Part shown: one piece after another, positions 1 through 24,736 of the stretch
How positions within the stretch are numbered: the stretch's first letter is position 1
Layout of the letters: each line of letters begins with the position of its first letter
Assembly (NCBI RefSeq): GCF_009914755.1
Contig: NC_060941.1
From: the human T2T-CHM13v2.0 reference genome, Homo sapiens
Strand: one strand, 5' to 3'
Length of the DNA stretch: 64,000 nucleotides
Made by a program: the position numbers and the translations under genes
The notes under the pieces: generated by a model
What the model was told of the DNA's origin: nothing
Database searches by the model: none
Seen by the model: the letters and a program-made list of their open reading frames with translations, nothing else

Positions 1-318
1 CAAGAGTGGGCTGATGAAAACATGCCATCAAAAAGAAATCACTTGTTTTTCTAACACAAACCATTCATAAATATCTTTTACCTAGTTCTTTAAAAAACAA
101 ACCAATAGGGTGTGATGGTGCATGCCTGTGGTCCCAGATACTCAGGAGGCCGAGGCTAGAGGATCGCTTAAGCCCAGGAGTTCAAGTCCAGCCTGGGTGA
201 CAGAGTGAGACCCCTTGTATCTTAAAAAATAAACATCTGGGCTGGGCGCAGTGGCTCACGCCTGTAATCCCAGCACTTTGGGAGGCCAAGGCGGGCGGAT
301 CATGAGGTCAGGAGATCA

Positions 319-576
<258 letters not shown>

Positions 577-718
577 CTATTCTATTTAAAAATAAAAACA
601 ATAAACATTACTTAAGAAAAAAACCAGTCAGGCGCGGTGGCTCATGCCTGTAATCCCAGCACTATGGGAGGTGAGGCAGGCGGATCTCTTGAGTCCAGGA
701 GTTAAACCTCAAAAATTA

Positions 719-886
<168 letters not shown>

Positions 887-1953
887 CTACGGAGTGAGAC
901 TCTGTCTCAAAAAAAAAAAAAAAATGCTCTGCCCTTTAGACCACTTCAGAGTCCAGTGGCGGGACACGGGGTTATAGGAGGATGGAGATGGGTTTCATCT
1001 ATCAATAAATTCAAAATAATTCCATTGTGATTTAACCTAAAATACAGGTTTTCACAATCTCTAGGGCAAAAAACAAACACGTTTTCTTTTTTTTTTTTTT
1101 TTGAGACGGAGTCTCACTCTGTCACCCAGGCTGGAGTGCAGTGGCGTGATTTTGGCTCACTGCAACCTCTGCCTTCAGGTTCAAGTGATTCTCCTGCCTC
1201 AGCCTCCTGAGCAACTGGGACGACAGGCGCCCATCACTACGCCCAGCTAATTTTTTGTATTTTTAGTAGAGATGGGGTTTCACCATATTGGCCAGGCTGG
1301 TCTTGAACTCCTGACCTCAGGTGATCCGCCCACCTCAACCTCCCAAAGTGCTGGGATTACAGGTGTGAGCCACCTTGCCCGGCCAAAATAAAGTAGTTTT
1401 CAAGAAGAAAAAAGGAATAGAGAATAGGAGGTTTCCAAAAAAGTCGAGGAGGCCACGGAATTCTCTCTAAGGAGCCGTTTTCTCTAAGGGCACAGCGGCA
1501 GGAGGAAGGCGAGGCAGGCTACTCAGAGGCGGGACAAGGACAGCAGAACATCCAGAAAGGCCGGAACGCTCCCTCCTTCCTGAGCCACATTCTCTCCTTA
1601 AGCCAGCCTGGACAGGTGCTCAGAGCTGGTCCAAGGGGTGCCCCTTTACCAACCTTCAGAGCCAGTTTCCTCACAACCACTGAGGATTTTAAATAATCAT
1701 CAGGAACATTCTGCCTCCATATGAGCCAGCAAAACAGAGAACTGAGGGCGCGCACTCCATATCTCCAAGAGCAAGAAGCCTTAAAAATGATATATTCAGT
1801 GTACCACTTCCACAAAAGGATCATTCAGTCCATCAAAAAGTACTGAAAATCCACCACGCATAGTGCTAATAGCATTCCACTCCAAGGGGCTCTTCTGGAA
1901 ATATCCGTTTCTCAGCCATGAAAACAAATCTAGACAGACAGGGAACATCTCAC

Positions 1954-2077
1954 CTGTCTGTTCAGCGTGATGGCGCTCGGCTGGCACTTAGTACAGATGC
2001 CATTCGGCCACGGGAGGTGCCCCTCGCACCCTGACTTAATCTTGCAGCTGATGTTCTCCAGGGCAACAAACTTCCCC
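1954..2077 (-). CDS. NPLOC4: NPLOC4 exon 7 ([41 protein letters not shown]; zinc finger 2); gene continues beyond window start
   Basis: atgtag acceptor; 124 nt; gtgaga donor; exons 1-7 total 654 nt, in frame. Confidence 0.97.
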
Positions 2078-2624
2078 CTACATAGAAGAGAAGCAACTTA
2101 AACATCACATTGGTGAAAAGCTGAGCAAGAGGCTGGAAATGACATGCTAAGTATCTTATACCTCCTGAACAGTGTCTCAGGAGCTAAGCACGTGGCAGCA
2201 GCAGGGAAGATGGGCTAAGGATGATTCTAATGGAAGCTCTACCTACAGTTCCAGCACATTCCGAATCCCAGCTTCTGTCCCACATACTTCAACCATACAG
2301 GAACACACAACTACTTTCCTACCAAACTGTGGTGTTTTTTACCATCTATCACTAACATCCGAGAAAGCTTTCAAGAATACTGTAGAATATCTACTGATCT
2401 CACCTGTGCCACTGAGCGGGCATGAGGCTCCTACAGGTTTCATTAAATTGTCAGAAACTTTGACATTAGCCCAGTACTTAGATATTTGTAAAAAATTCTT
2501 ATTCATGGGAAAAATCTGATTAGGATATATAATTAAGGCATCTTTACTCTGCTTTAGGCTAAAATAAAAACTACTGTTGAAGACTGTCAATGAGAAAATC
2601 CTGGACCCTACTCTGAACTTTTTC

Positions 2625-2835
2625 TTTTTCTCCAGCTTTATTGAAATATAACTGACAAAAAAAAAAAAGAAATCTGTATCTTTAAGGTAGACGTGAGGTT
2701 TTGTTTTTCAAATAAAAACGATATATTTACAGTGTACGAAATGATATTCTGAAACATGTCCACACTGTGGAACGGCTAAATTGAGCTAATTAACATATGC
2801 ATTACCTCACATACTGATCATTTTTGGTGGTGAGC
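2625..2835 (-). mobile_element. Old L1MA-type 3' end
   Basis: CAGCTTTATTGAAATATAACTGAC and GAGCTAATTAACATATGCATTACCTCACATA. Confidence 0.6.
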
Positions 2836-3986
2836 CATTTTTGGTATCATAGCATCTAGGAAGCAAAGACTCGTCACTGAATCTGCATGCTAACAGCAGC
2901 CACAAACACGCCCCCACTAGAGACTGTGTTCCTTGACCTAGACTGAGAAAGGCTGACCAAGTCTCTTTCACTACAATCAATCTGCACCCACTCCTTAGTC
3001 CAGAGAGTTCCACAGCTTTCCCCACTGACAAGCAACAGTGGGTTTCTAGCAGGTTTTTTCTTCTGGTCTAACATTTTTAAAAAGTCATTTTAGGATGTCA
3101 GCAGGTTGTCAGAGAAAAGCTACAATCAGGCGAATATGACATCCTTCACAAAATGTTGCTGACTTCAGTTCAGCCACCATCTCCTCGTTGCACTGACAGG
3201 AATTATAAAATAATAGCTGAAGCCTGCTACTTTCTGGTAGGGTGTACAGAGAGCCAACAGGAGAAGGTCATACAGGCAAGGGCTTGCCATGGCTTAAAAG
3301 AAATCAAAATGCTCAGTTCACCCCTTTCTGGCCACTGTTACCACCTCTGCCCACCTGGCTGAGCCTGTGGGCAACTACTGTGGTACCATGAGGATTAGTG
3401 GCTGCAGCCCCTGCTGTGGCTGAAAACCAAGCTGACTCAGAGGCCAGGCTCTGGGGAAAGGGTTACCAGGCACTGAGGTGGGGAAGCTGAGATTCTCACA
3501 GGGTAGTTGTTTTTCTGAAAAGCAGAGAATGAACTCAGACCACAGAATCAACAGGCCACCATCACAGATGCTAACTTGCTGGGGTGGTGTGTGTGGGGAC
3601 AGCCTCTGTCTGATACTGCACTGTGGCCACGCAGCCAGGCGCCTGCACAGTCGCTCTGCCTTGCTAGCTCCCTTCTAGAACCAGGTTGGCCAGGCGAGGT
3701 GGCTCACACCTGTAATCCAGCACTTTGGGGAAACCAAGGCAGGAGGATCACTTGAGCCAAGGAGTTCTAGACCAGCCTGGGCAACATAGTGAGACCCCAT
3801 CTCTTAAAAACATATATGAGTACATAAAAAATAAATAAATAAATATAGAACCACGGTAACTTTCAAAGGCGTGTGACCCCTTCTCATCTTTACTTCTCTC
3901 ATTCACACGTTCACTGGCTATAAGCAACAACTGCCAGCTACACAAAAAGGAATTTACGCACAACCAGGTTACAGCAAGTTGCTTAC

Positions 3987-4081
3987 TTGTCAGCCCCTCC
4001 AGTCAGCTTCCGGATGTAGGCGTGGAAGGACATGTGCTTCACGGGAGGCTCGAGATGGTTTAGATAGTCCTCATCGAATGG
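3987..4081 (-). CDS. NPLOC4: NPLOC4 exon 6 (PFDEDYLNHLEPPVKHMSFHAYIRKLTGGADK)
   Basis: ttggcag acceptor; 95 nt; gtaagc donor; ORF 3983..4231. Confidence 0.97.
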
Positions 4082-5468
4082 CTGCCAAGACACAGAGTAA
4101 GCGAGTGCAGTCTCACACGTGCCGGTCACTCCAGGCGCTGAGCCTCTGCTACGCACAGGGGGAGGCCAGCAGCATGGCCTTGGCAAGTCAAGGCCCACAG
4201 TGAAAGCAGGTACTAGGGTCTCCCTTACCACTCTGAGTCAGAACCAAGTTTTTCTTTTTTTAATTAATTGTTTTTTGTTTGTTTGTTTTGAGACGGAGTC
4301 TCACTCTGTCGCCCAGGCTGGAGTGCAGTGGCACAGTGGCACAGTCTCTGCTCACTACAACCTCCACCTCTGGGTTCAAGCAACTCTTCTGCCTCTGCCT
4401 CCCAAGTAGCTAGGACTACAGGTGCACGCCACCACGCCCAGCTTATTTTTGTATTTTTAGTGGAGACGGGGTTTCAGCATATTGGCCAGGCTGGTCTCAA
4501 ACTCCTGACCTCATGATCCACCCGCCTTGGCCTCCCAAAGTGTTAGCTTTACAGGCGTGAGCCACTGAGTCTGGCCAATTTAACTGTTTTAGAGATGGGG
4601 TCTCATGCTGTTGCCCAGGTTGGAGTATGGTGGTGCAATCATGGCTCACTGCAGCCTCGACCTCAAGTGATTCTCTTGCCTCAGCTTCCTGAGTAGCTGG
4701 GACTACAGGCGTGAACCACCACACCCAGCTAATTTTTTAAATTTTTTGTAGAGACAGGGTATACAAAAAAAGAGTTGCCCAGGCTGAACAATTCCTAGGC
4801 TCAAATGATCCTCTGGCCCTGGCCTCCCAAAGTGTCGGGACTACAGGCGTCACTGCACATAGCCAGAAGCAAGTTTTTCTTTGTGTGCCAGTTATCTTTT
4901 CAAGATTAAAATGAATCTCTATTAAACACAAAACGCTCTAAGTCAAATGAGTTTCAGGAAAATTGTGCAAAAAGAAATGCCACAAGATGAGGCAAGAGAT
5001 GCCTCATGAAGAAAATCGGGCTGGCCTTCCTGCTGTAAACCCAGCATTAACAGTTCCAGTCGGCATTATTACGGTAACTCTCAGTCTCACCAGGACAAAC
5101 CAGTAGAAGAGATGTGAGATTCAAGGCAAAGTAAATCAACAATGATAAGCACGGAAGCCGACAGGCTCAGCTTTGTGTCAGATCGGAAAAGGATTGTCCA
5201 GGGAGCCCGCTGTAAATGCTGCCCCTTTATCACAGCCACACAAATGCTTCAGCCATTCATAATCCAGCGAGAAGGTCACTCCCATAAATAAAGGCTCGTC
5301 CTGTGTGCAGCTTGCACTAGGGGAATATGAGGCCCAGGGCAATAAATAGGTAAGTTCTTTGAACCACTCACTACAGCCAAGTGCGTGGACTCAGGGCAAG
5401 CACTTAAGACAGCTGTCTACCCGCAGCCCCCCACACTGGCCCAGAACTTACTCCGCAGAGACTCTCAC

Positions 5469-5517
5469 CTCTAGAGGGACGCAGTGCACGCATTTCCCCA
5501 AAGGGCCGTGGCGGCAT
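5469..5517 (-). CDS. NPLOC4: NPLOC4 exon 5 (CRHGPLGKCVHCVPLE; zinc finger 1)
   Basis: ctcctcag acceptor; 49 nt; gtgaga donor; CHCC motif. Confidence 0.96.
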
Positions 5518-6036
5518 CTGAGGAGAGTACAAGGCAGAAAAAGGCAGAGCAGTGAGGATGTCTGTGTTCCGCTGCTGCTGTCTCACATGCACGTCCTACT
5601 TTAACAGAGTGTTTCCCTGCCCACGTGGAGTTATATTCCAGATGGCACATGGATAAACATTTATATTTTAATTGTTGTTTTGTTTTGTTTAAAGACAGGC
5701 TCTCACTCTATCGCCCAGGCTGGAGTGCAGTGGTGATCGTGGCTCCCTGCAGCCTTCACCTCCTGGGCTCAAGCACTCCCACCTCAGCCTCCCCGAGTAT
5801 CTGGGACTCCAGGTGTACACCACCACACCCAGAAGTTTACTACTTATGTTGATATGAATTAGAAAAAACTGACCCGCACATCAAACCTGTGACTTCATGG
5901 GTATCCACTGCTTAAAATGACACAAACCAAAGATAAAAGTGAATGAACTCAAAGTCAATGTAAGTAGTTTATTGGCCAAAGGCAGTGGCTCACACCTCTA
6001 ATCCCAACACTTTGGGAGGCTGAGATGGGTGGATCA

Positions 6037-7011
<975 letters not shown>

Positions 7012-8258
7012 TCATATGCATTTTGGGAAATAACAACAATGAAAAAACCTTGTCCCACGGCTTTCTAACATTTTCAGTCACAGAAGCCTTGGAAGCACAA
7101 CACGCACAATCTGAAGGAGAGGTATGCTGGTTTACGAGGGCGCCGGCGGCCGTCCCTCCGGGGCTCAGTCAGACCCCTTTCTAAGTGGGGTCAGAATTCT
7201 TACATGCGTATGAGCCCTGTGCTGCGGAACAGAGGTGGCCTCTGTGCTTCCTAATAGGCAGGATCTAAGTGATGATGGCTCAGAATTCTCTCACACACAC
7301 ACGCTCTCAAAAGCTGCTAATGAAGCCATGAAGACACAGATCATGCAAGCAAGCCAGTGCCAGGCCCCTGGGAGGAGACACAAATGGAAGAGGCATGCCG
7401 GCTAATGGCTATGGCTACAAAGTGGCTCCATGCCAATGGCAGGAGAGCACCATTTATGGCTCTCTGATCTAAGACATAAAAGTTGCTAATGCAGCATTTG
7501 GAATCCCAATACCTCAAAGTCAGCACCCCGTCACATCTACAGAGTGATGCATTTTAAAAAAGACCCCACTGCAGAGACAACCTTCGCTCAGACAATTTCA
7601 CATGGCCAAGTATAAACTCAGATCCTTCTCACTGGTTTATTTAAAAGGAATTGCAAAAAATCTAAAATAAACAAATGTACATATGCATAAGCACTTCATA
7701 TAGCCCCAGGTGAGGAGGGAATATTCCAAGGCACAGCATCTTCTGCAAGTGAAATGCTTGCTGCAGGGATGGAGAGCGCACACTAGCGTGGCAGGTCAAA
7801 ATCATCCAACCGCTATGAAATGAGAGACACAGCACTCACCTCACATGGATGCGCACACACAACCACCTGCCCCTTCCCTCCTCCCTCCCCTGCAGCTGCT
7901 GATTAACACCCCACTCTGCACGGGAATCAGCATCTCCAGGGGACATCACAGTAAAGACTTGGTGTGAGGCCCCCAACTCCCCCAATACCTTTCCAGTCTC
8001 TTTGTACCCAAATGCTTCAAAATTTTTTATGGGAACATATTTTGAGGTGGAAACTGATAAAAAGCTAAAAAAAAAAAAAACAAAAACTGATAAAAAGCTA
8101 ACAAGATAACTTGAAGTTTAATCTGAAGATAGTAAAACTTAAGACTTAACATTTCTTCATCAGATACTTATTAAAACAAGACATGTTATAAATATTTCCC
8201 TTTATTCACCCATTAAGATCACCACAAGTAGGACCCTGGAATCTCATGGATCACTTAC

Positions 8259-8435
8259 AGCTGTGGGTCTCGGCTTCTGTAAATCTTCCCGTCCTGTTTG
8301 CTGAGGTACTGATCAATCTCATCCTCCACCACGTTGGGAGCGCCAAAGACTTTGAAGCCCGGTGGAACTGACGTCTCCATTTCAGATGAGGGCCCAGCAA
8401 GGCTCGAGGGAAACAGGAACAACAAATCGCCATGC
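8259..8435 (-). CDS. NPLOC4: NPLOC4 exon 4 (HGDLLFLFP...YRSRDPQL)
   Basis: aacag acceptor; 177 nt; gtaagt donor; ORF 8255..8443. Confidence 0.97.
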
Positions 8436-9054
8436 CTGTTCAAATGATAAACAGAGGCTGATGCCTTCCCTTACCACCTGAGCTTCATGGAAGCCCAACT
8501 TGGATATCTGCAAAAAGCAAATGCCAACCACCCCTGTAGGCCTAAACAATGAGGTTTCTAACTTTTAAGATGAGAATTCTCTTCTAACATCTCCCCTATG
8601 TTTCCTGGCATTATAAAGACCAGTATGCAGGTTCTCTGTAATTTAATCTCTTACAACTTTACCTTAAACTCTGTGAAGCCTCCATACACCCAAATGATTT
8701 TGCTTGCACACACAGCCACAATGGACCTGCTGGGTTTCAGGGCCTCTCCTCCCGCCTCTCACCCTCTGCTTGGCCCCCACCTCCCTCAGCCATTCCTCTG
8801 GCCTCTGGGAGGCTCTCTCCTCCCCCAACACTGCATGTGCTGGTTGCATGTATCTCCACTGCTTTCTCGGCGTTCACATACACACGTAAGCACAGACACG
8901 CATAGGAGCTGTCACTGCTTTTAAAAAGTGTGACTGGCCAGGCTCGGTGGCTCATGCCTGTAATCCCAGCACTTTGGGAGGCTGAGGCAGATGGATCACA
9001 AGGTCAAAAGATCAAGACCATCCTGGCCAACAGGGTGAAATCTCGTCTCTATTA

Positions 9055-9246
<192 letters not shown>

Positions 9247-9964
9247 TTACCAGAGACATACTTTTCTATTTCAACAACCCCTCATAAAATCCTCCAAATA
9301 TAAGGAGTCCACGTCTAATTGCTATGACAATGGCTGCCTCAATTCCCCAGTGAGGCTGCTTAACCACCCCCTCAGCCACTCCTCCCACAATGACAAGTAT
9401 GCACACCATCTGCCAGCTTCTGCCATCATCACCACCACCCAAAAAGGCCCACGGACAGACGTCCCTGTGGTTTTCCTTCTAAAGGGCAAATTCCCAGGAG
9501 TCAGACTTAAGGGTACTGCTTTCCAAAAAGGTTGCCACAAGTCACATCTGGTTTTCTATCACTTTCAGTCTGAAGTGTGTTCTTCCCTTGGTCAGAGTCA
9601 CGCTGCCAACTTGGTGCCAGGTTTGACTGGCATGGCAAACTGCTGACCTCAGAGGCTAACAAGCATCTCCACTCACAGTCCACAGAAGCCGCCTGGGGTC
9701 CCAAGTGACCAGAGATGGCTGCCAACACTAACCCTCCAGGCCAGCCTTGGAAGAAAGGCTGCAGCATGTCCTCTGACAGATATCTAACTGCTGCCAACAA
9801 GACACACACACAGGGGACAGACTGAGAGGGCAGGATCCACAGCTCTAAACCAACACGGTGAAGGAAGAGCAGAGGCCAAAGTGCAGGCCCTCAAGGACAC
9901 ACAGACACTGGGGCTCAGGTGCAGCTCTTCAACTAATTTCTTTCCTCCTCCTCTTCCTCCCTAA

Positions 9965-10366
<402 letters not shown>

Positions 10367-11076
10367 TAACTACTAATATAAAAAACTTGACTTACACACA
10401 AGATCAATTTTAACAAATATACTCTAAAATCAATTGATGAGCTCTAAAGAAAGTAGAGGAAATCCCCAGGGGACAAACCCAGCAGTGCACTCAGACAGCA
10501 GCCAGCAACACAGAACTCAGAGCTGCTTGTGGGGCCAAGGCCACTCTCAGTAATTCACTCACAGCTTTGGGCCTACAGCGGTTTGCTGGGCACTGGGAGA
10601 CAAGAACTTGGGCTTCCCTGCCCAGAGGGGGCAGCTGAGTCCGAAACTTCCACATAAATGCAGATAACCAAAGGACGCCTGAACAGCTGTGAAAAACCCA
10701 CCAGCTGAAAATAGGAACCAAGGAGGAATCCCATCTGCCTCTATCCAGTACACAGCAAAAAAAACCAACAAAGTCACCTCTGAGACTCTGTAACTAAAGG
10801 CCTGCTGGGCCATGCATCTGGAGCAGAACCAGGGATGATGCCATTTGGTTCAGAAAGCCCAAAGACAGAAATTAACTCAAAGGAGTTGTAGGTCCATCAC
10901 ACCCCCCTGTGCCAACAAAAGTAAATGCAAACCTCTGTAGAAAAGCTGCTAAATCTGGGCCGGGCGTGGTGGCTCACGCCTGTAATCCCAGCACTTTGGG
11001 AGGCTGAGGTGGGAGGATCACGAGGTCAAGAGATTGAGACCATCCTGGCCAGCACAGTGAAACCTCGTCTCTGCTA

Positions 11077-11313
<237 letters not shown>

Positions 11314-11503
11314 TCAAGACCAAGTTTGGTCAAATATAACCTGTCATAAGAACCAAAAATCCAAATGTAGAAGAGTAACATACGGGCCAGGCACAGTGGC
11401 TCACACCTGTAATCCCAGCACGTTGGGAGGCCGAGGCGGGAGGATCATGAGGTCAGGAGATTGAGACGATCCTGGCTAACACGGTGAAACCCCGTCTCTA
11501 CTA

Positions 11504-11761
<258 letters not shown>

Positions 11762-12595
11762 TTATGAGACCGAATATCAACCTCTACATGGGATATTAAA
11801 TGAACAATGGAATGGAAGAAGAGGGTGAGTGACAGAGGCTATCCAAAATGACCAGGCGGGATTCTAGGACATGGAAGTGGCAGGCACCAAAGTCAGTGGC
11901 TCTTCCCAAATCTCCCTCCTGCAGGCAGCTAGACCGCATGCCAGGTCCCACGGATGCATCTACAGCAATGCAGGGGGCAGGGATACAAGTGGGGGCAGAC
12001 AGATGCCAACAGTCACGAGACCCAAGAGGCAGGCCCCCATGTCTCACAGCCCGGATAGGGAGTCCTCAACCACCCAGTGGTCTTCACTGGAGGCCAGTGG
12101 GCCAATGTGGCAGCAGAGCAGAAACTAGGAGAAACCAGGAGCCACATGGCCCCTGTGAGTACTTGAAGCCAACAGACAGATTTAGGGGAAAAAAAAATCA
12201 GATTATGTATTTATTTATATACTTTTGAGACAGGGTCTTGCTCTGTTGCCCAGCTGCAGTGCAGTGGCACAATCACAGTTCACAACAGTGTGGACAAAGA
12301 CCCTGTCTCTAAAGAAAAAAAGAGGGTGCCAGGTGTAGTGGCTCACTCCTGTAATCCCAGCACTCTGGGAGGCTGAGGCCAGCAGATCACCTGAGGTTAG
12401 GAGTTCAAGACTAGCCTGACCAACACAGAGAAACCCCAAGTCTACTTAAAAATACAAAATTAGGCCGGGCACAGTGGCTCATGCCTGTAATCCCAGCACT
12501 TTGGGAGGCTGAAGCAGGTGGATCACAAGGTCGGGAGATCGAGACCATCCTGGCTAACACGGTGAGATCCCGTCTCTATTAAAAACACAAAAAAT

Positions 12596-14345
<1,750 letters not shown>

Positions 14346-14630
14346 TTAGCCGGGCGTGGTGGCACATGCCTGTAATCCCAGCTACTCGGGAGGCTAAGGC
14401 AGGAGAATCGCTTGAACCCGGGGGGGCAGAGGTTGTGGTGAGCTGAGACCATGCCACTGCACTCTAGCCTGGGCAACAAGAATGAAACTCTGTCTCAAGG
14501 AAAAAAAAAAAAAAAGAAAGAAAAGAAAAGAAAAAAGGCGGGGTGCCAGGCGCAGTGGCTTACATCTGTAATGCCAACACTTTGGGAGGCTGAGGCGGGT
14601 GAATCACTTGAGGTCAAGAGATTGAGATCA

Positions 14631-14981
<351 letters not shown>

Positions 14982-15336
14982 TCAGAGGTGGGAAACTCTA
15001 CAGGTCAATGGACCAAGTTCCTCAACAGATAAATTTCAAGAAAAGGAAAGAGATGGAAGGGGAACCTGAAGATTACAAGAAGTAAGACATACAAATTTCC
15101 TTAAAAAGCAAGACTAACTGGCAGTGTCTAGGGATAGACACTCAAGTAACGAAAGAATAAAGAGCCAGGCACGGTGGCTCACACCTGTAATCCCAGCACT
15201 TTGGAAGGCCAAGGCGGGTGGATCACGAGGTCAGGAATTCGAGACCAGCTTGGCCAACTTAGTGAAACCCCACCTCTACATAAAATAAAAAAATTAGCCA
15301 GGCATGGTGGCACGAGCCTATAGTCCCAGCTACTCA

Positions 15337-15597
<261 letters not shown>

Positions 15598-15764
15598 TCA
15601 GTACGTATTTTGTTTAATAATTAAAAAGAGGAGGGAGAAAAAAAGGCCAAGCAACAGAAGAGAAGGAAGGAGGGCAAGAGCAGCGGGACAAGCGTGGTCG
15701 TGAGCTGAGAGTTCCTCTGGCTGGAACAGAGAGCGTGCACTCACAGTCATTCTCTTTACCTTTA

Positions 15765-16037
<273 letters not shown>

Positions 16038-16514
16038 TCAAGAAAGAAAGAAAAGGAAAGAAGGAAGGAAGGAAAGAAAAGAAAAAAAAAAGAAAAATAT
16101 CAAGATGCAAAACCCCTCACCAGCTCAAAAGAAGGATGAACCAGTGTCACTCTGGAAATGAACATCAACAACAAGAGGTTTCGTTTCACCTCACCACATG
16201 GGTAGGCAAACAGTAGGTGCCCAATAAATCTTTGTTAAGAACAAATGAATGCTACAATTGCATGTTGTGTCCCTAGACATAGTAATTTGTGAATCTAAAA
16301 GTGACCAAGTGCAAAACCAGCCCATCATTGTGGCTGGTAAACAGGCTCACAGCCAACTGCCAGCAGGTCCCAGGCCCACCACTGAGCCAGTGGCCACAGC
16401 ACATGCAACCTGCAGCGTCGAGAGGAAAACTGGCCACTAGCTCCTTAAGGACTGAACTGATCTAAGGCACATGTGAGCAAGTGCCCAGATGGTTTCGATG
16501 GGAGCCAGCACCCG

Positions 16515-16668
16515 TGTTCCGTAAAGGACCAGTCAATACTTTCAGCTTTGCAGGCCTCACGGTCTATCACAACTAAACTCTGCCCTTGTAACATGAAAAC
16601 TGGCACCAACAACACGACCTGGCTGTGTTCCAATAACACTTTACAAAAACAGGCAGTAGCCAGGCTGT
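16515..16668 (+). mobile_element. MER58-like DNA transposon remnant
   Basis: GTAAAGGACCAG...GGCTGTGTTCCAATAACACTTTACAAAAACAGGC pattern. Confidence 0.55.
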
Positions 16669-17112
16669 GACAAGAGGTCTCTGAGTCCTGAAGGTCCTGA
16701 ATGACCAACTCTACAGGGTGGCATGGGCCACTGCAGTGGCAGCACTCCTACCCAAGCCAGCAGGGCTAACATGATTTCCCGGCACACAGCTGTGTTCAAG
16801 GTCTTTCACTCCAGACAAGCAGCTGAGTATGCAGCTCACTCCACGCCGTACATGGACAAAGACAATAACTTTCTCCTCAGTGACACAAATTCCAGAATTC
16901 TGCAAAGTCAATCAAATCTGCTCAATAGTAACTGCAGATTCAGGATAATTACTGAATTCCTGGCAAGCAACATGGTCATGTGTATTCTGGTCAGTTGATA
17001 AGACCATAATGAGTGGTGTGATGAGGAAAGAGGATAAAACTCGGCAACCTCGGGCAGATCATGGGGACCTCATTTCCCCCCATTCCCTGCTTCCTCCTCA
17101 GAGGACACTTAC

Positions 17113-17225
17113 TTGATTTTTAGCAAGTTGAGGGATTTGTTGGAGGAGGCTGTTATCTCTCCAGTCTTGTTTCTATTGATGTAAACCGAGAAGCCATTAT
17201 TTTGGAAGCCAAACTCCTTTGCAAC
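17113..17225 (-). CDS. NPLOC4: NPLOC4 exon 3 (VAKEFGFQNNGFSVYINRNKTGEITASSNKSLNLLKIK)
   Basis: ttttag acceptor; 113 nt; gtaagt donor; phase consistent with exons 2 and 4. Confidence 0.96.
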
Positions 17226-17537
17226 CTAAAACAAGGCCCAAAGAACAGAAATTTAATGAAATGCTAAAGTATCACTACATATACCATACACACCAGACAC
17301 TACTAGAAGAGTATTCACCAAATTTGGAAAGTGCCCATCATTTACCAAATTCCTCTTGCTATTTTGCTCTTTTAAAGAAATTTGTACTGTTCACAAAGGT
17401 GTCAATTAAAATGAATAAAGTGGCCAAAAAAGCAAAGGTCTTGTCAATGATGAAACTTTGTAAAACATTTAAGACTTTGAAGCAAACAAGAGTTAATGGC
17501 TATCCTTGTTTTGTTTTCAGACAGTCTCGTTCTGTAG

Positions 17538-18516
<979 letters not shown>

Positions 18517-18550
18517 TCACGAGGTCAGGAGATCGAGACCATCCTGGCTA

Positions 18551-18772
<222 letters not shown>

Positions 18773-18799
18773 CTAACACAGAATGGTGCGACTAAATCA

Positions 18800-20400
<1,601 letters not shown>

Positions 20401-20414
20401 CGGTAAAGAAACAA

Positions 20415-23720
<3,306 letters not shown>

Positions 23721-23775
23721 CATGGGAATCCTGGACACAATGCAGGTCAGGAGACCAGGGAGGAGCCAGGGATGA

Positions 23776-24013
<238 letters not shown>

Positions 24014-24655
24014 TAGCCAGGATGGTCTCAATCTCCTGACCTTGTGATCCGCCCGCCTCGGCCTCCCAAAGTGCTGCGATTACAGGCGTCAGCCACTGCG
24101 CCTGGCCACTCTTATGAAATACTTTTTTTTTTTTTTTTTTTGAGATGGAGTCTCACTCTGTTGCCCAGGTTGGAGTGCAGTGGCGCCACCTCGACTCACT
24201 GTAAACTCTGCCTTCTGAGTCAAGCAATTCTCTTGCCTCAGCTTCCCAAGTAGCTGGGATTACAGGCACCTACCACCACGCCCGACTAATTTTTGTATTT
24301 TTAGTAGACGGGGTTTCACCATCTTGGCCAGGCTGGTCTTGAACTCCTCACTTCGTGATCCACCCGCCTTGGTCTCCCGAAGTGCTGGGATTACAGGTGT
24401 GAGCCACCACGCCCAGCCGTGAAATATTTTTACACTTACCTTTGGGCTCTTGGTCCTATAATTTTGAGCAGTGATCAGCTGTGACAAACATCTCATCCTA
24501 TAGCAATCCAACCCAACTGTGATAGAGAAAGGCAATGCAAGAGGCAATTTGGGAATAGGGAAAATAAGAAAACGAGGAAAAGAGAAAAGGTATCGATGGC
24601 AGTAAGAGTAGAGGATGAAAAATATCCTGAGGGTCAATACCCAGGCCACAGATAC

Positions 24656-24736
24656 CTTTTTCAAAAATGTTGCTGCTGTTTCTCTCTTTGTTGCTGTGAT
24701 CCGCTTCACTCCATCTGGGGACTGGACACGAATTAT
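24656..24736 (-). CDS. NPLOC4: NPLOC4 exon 2 (IIRVQSPDGVKRITATKRETAATFLKK; UBL domain)
   Basis: ttgcaacag acceptor; 81 nt, phase 0-0; donor gtatct; peptide visible in ORF 24260..24754. Confidence 0.97.

Noticed and set aside
7834-7900. Strong GAG|GTGAGT donor in NPLOC4 intron 4
   Set aside because: No convincing pyrimidine-tract acceptor upstream, so no exon can be supported.
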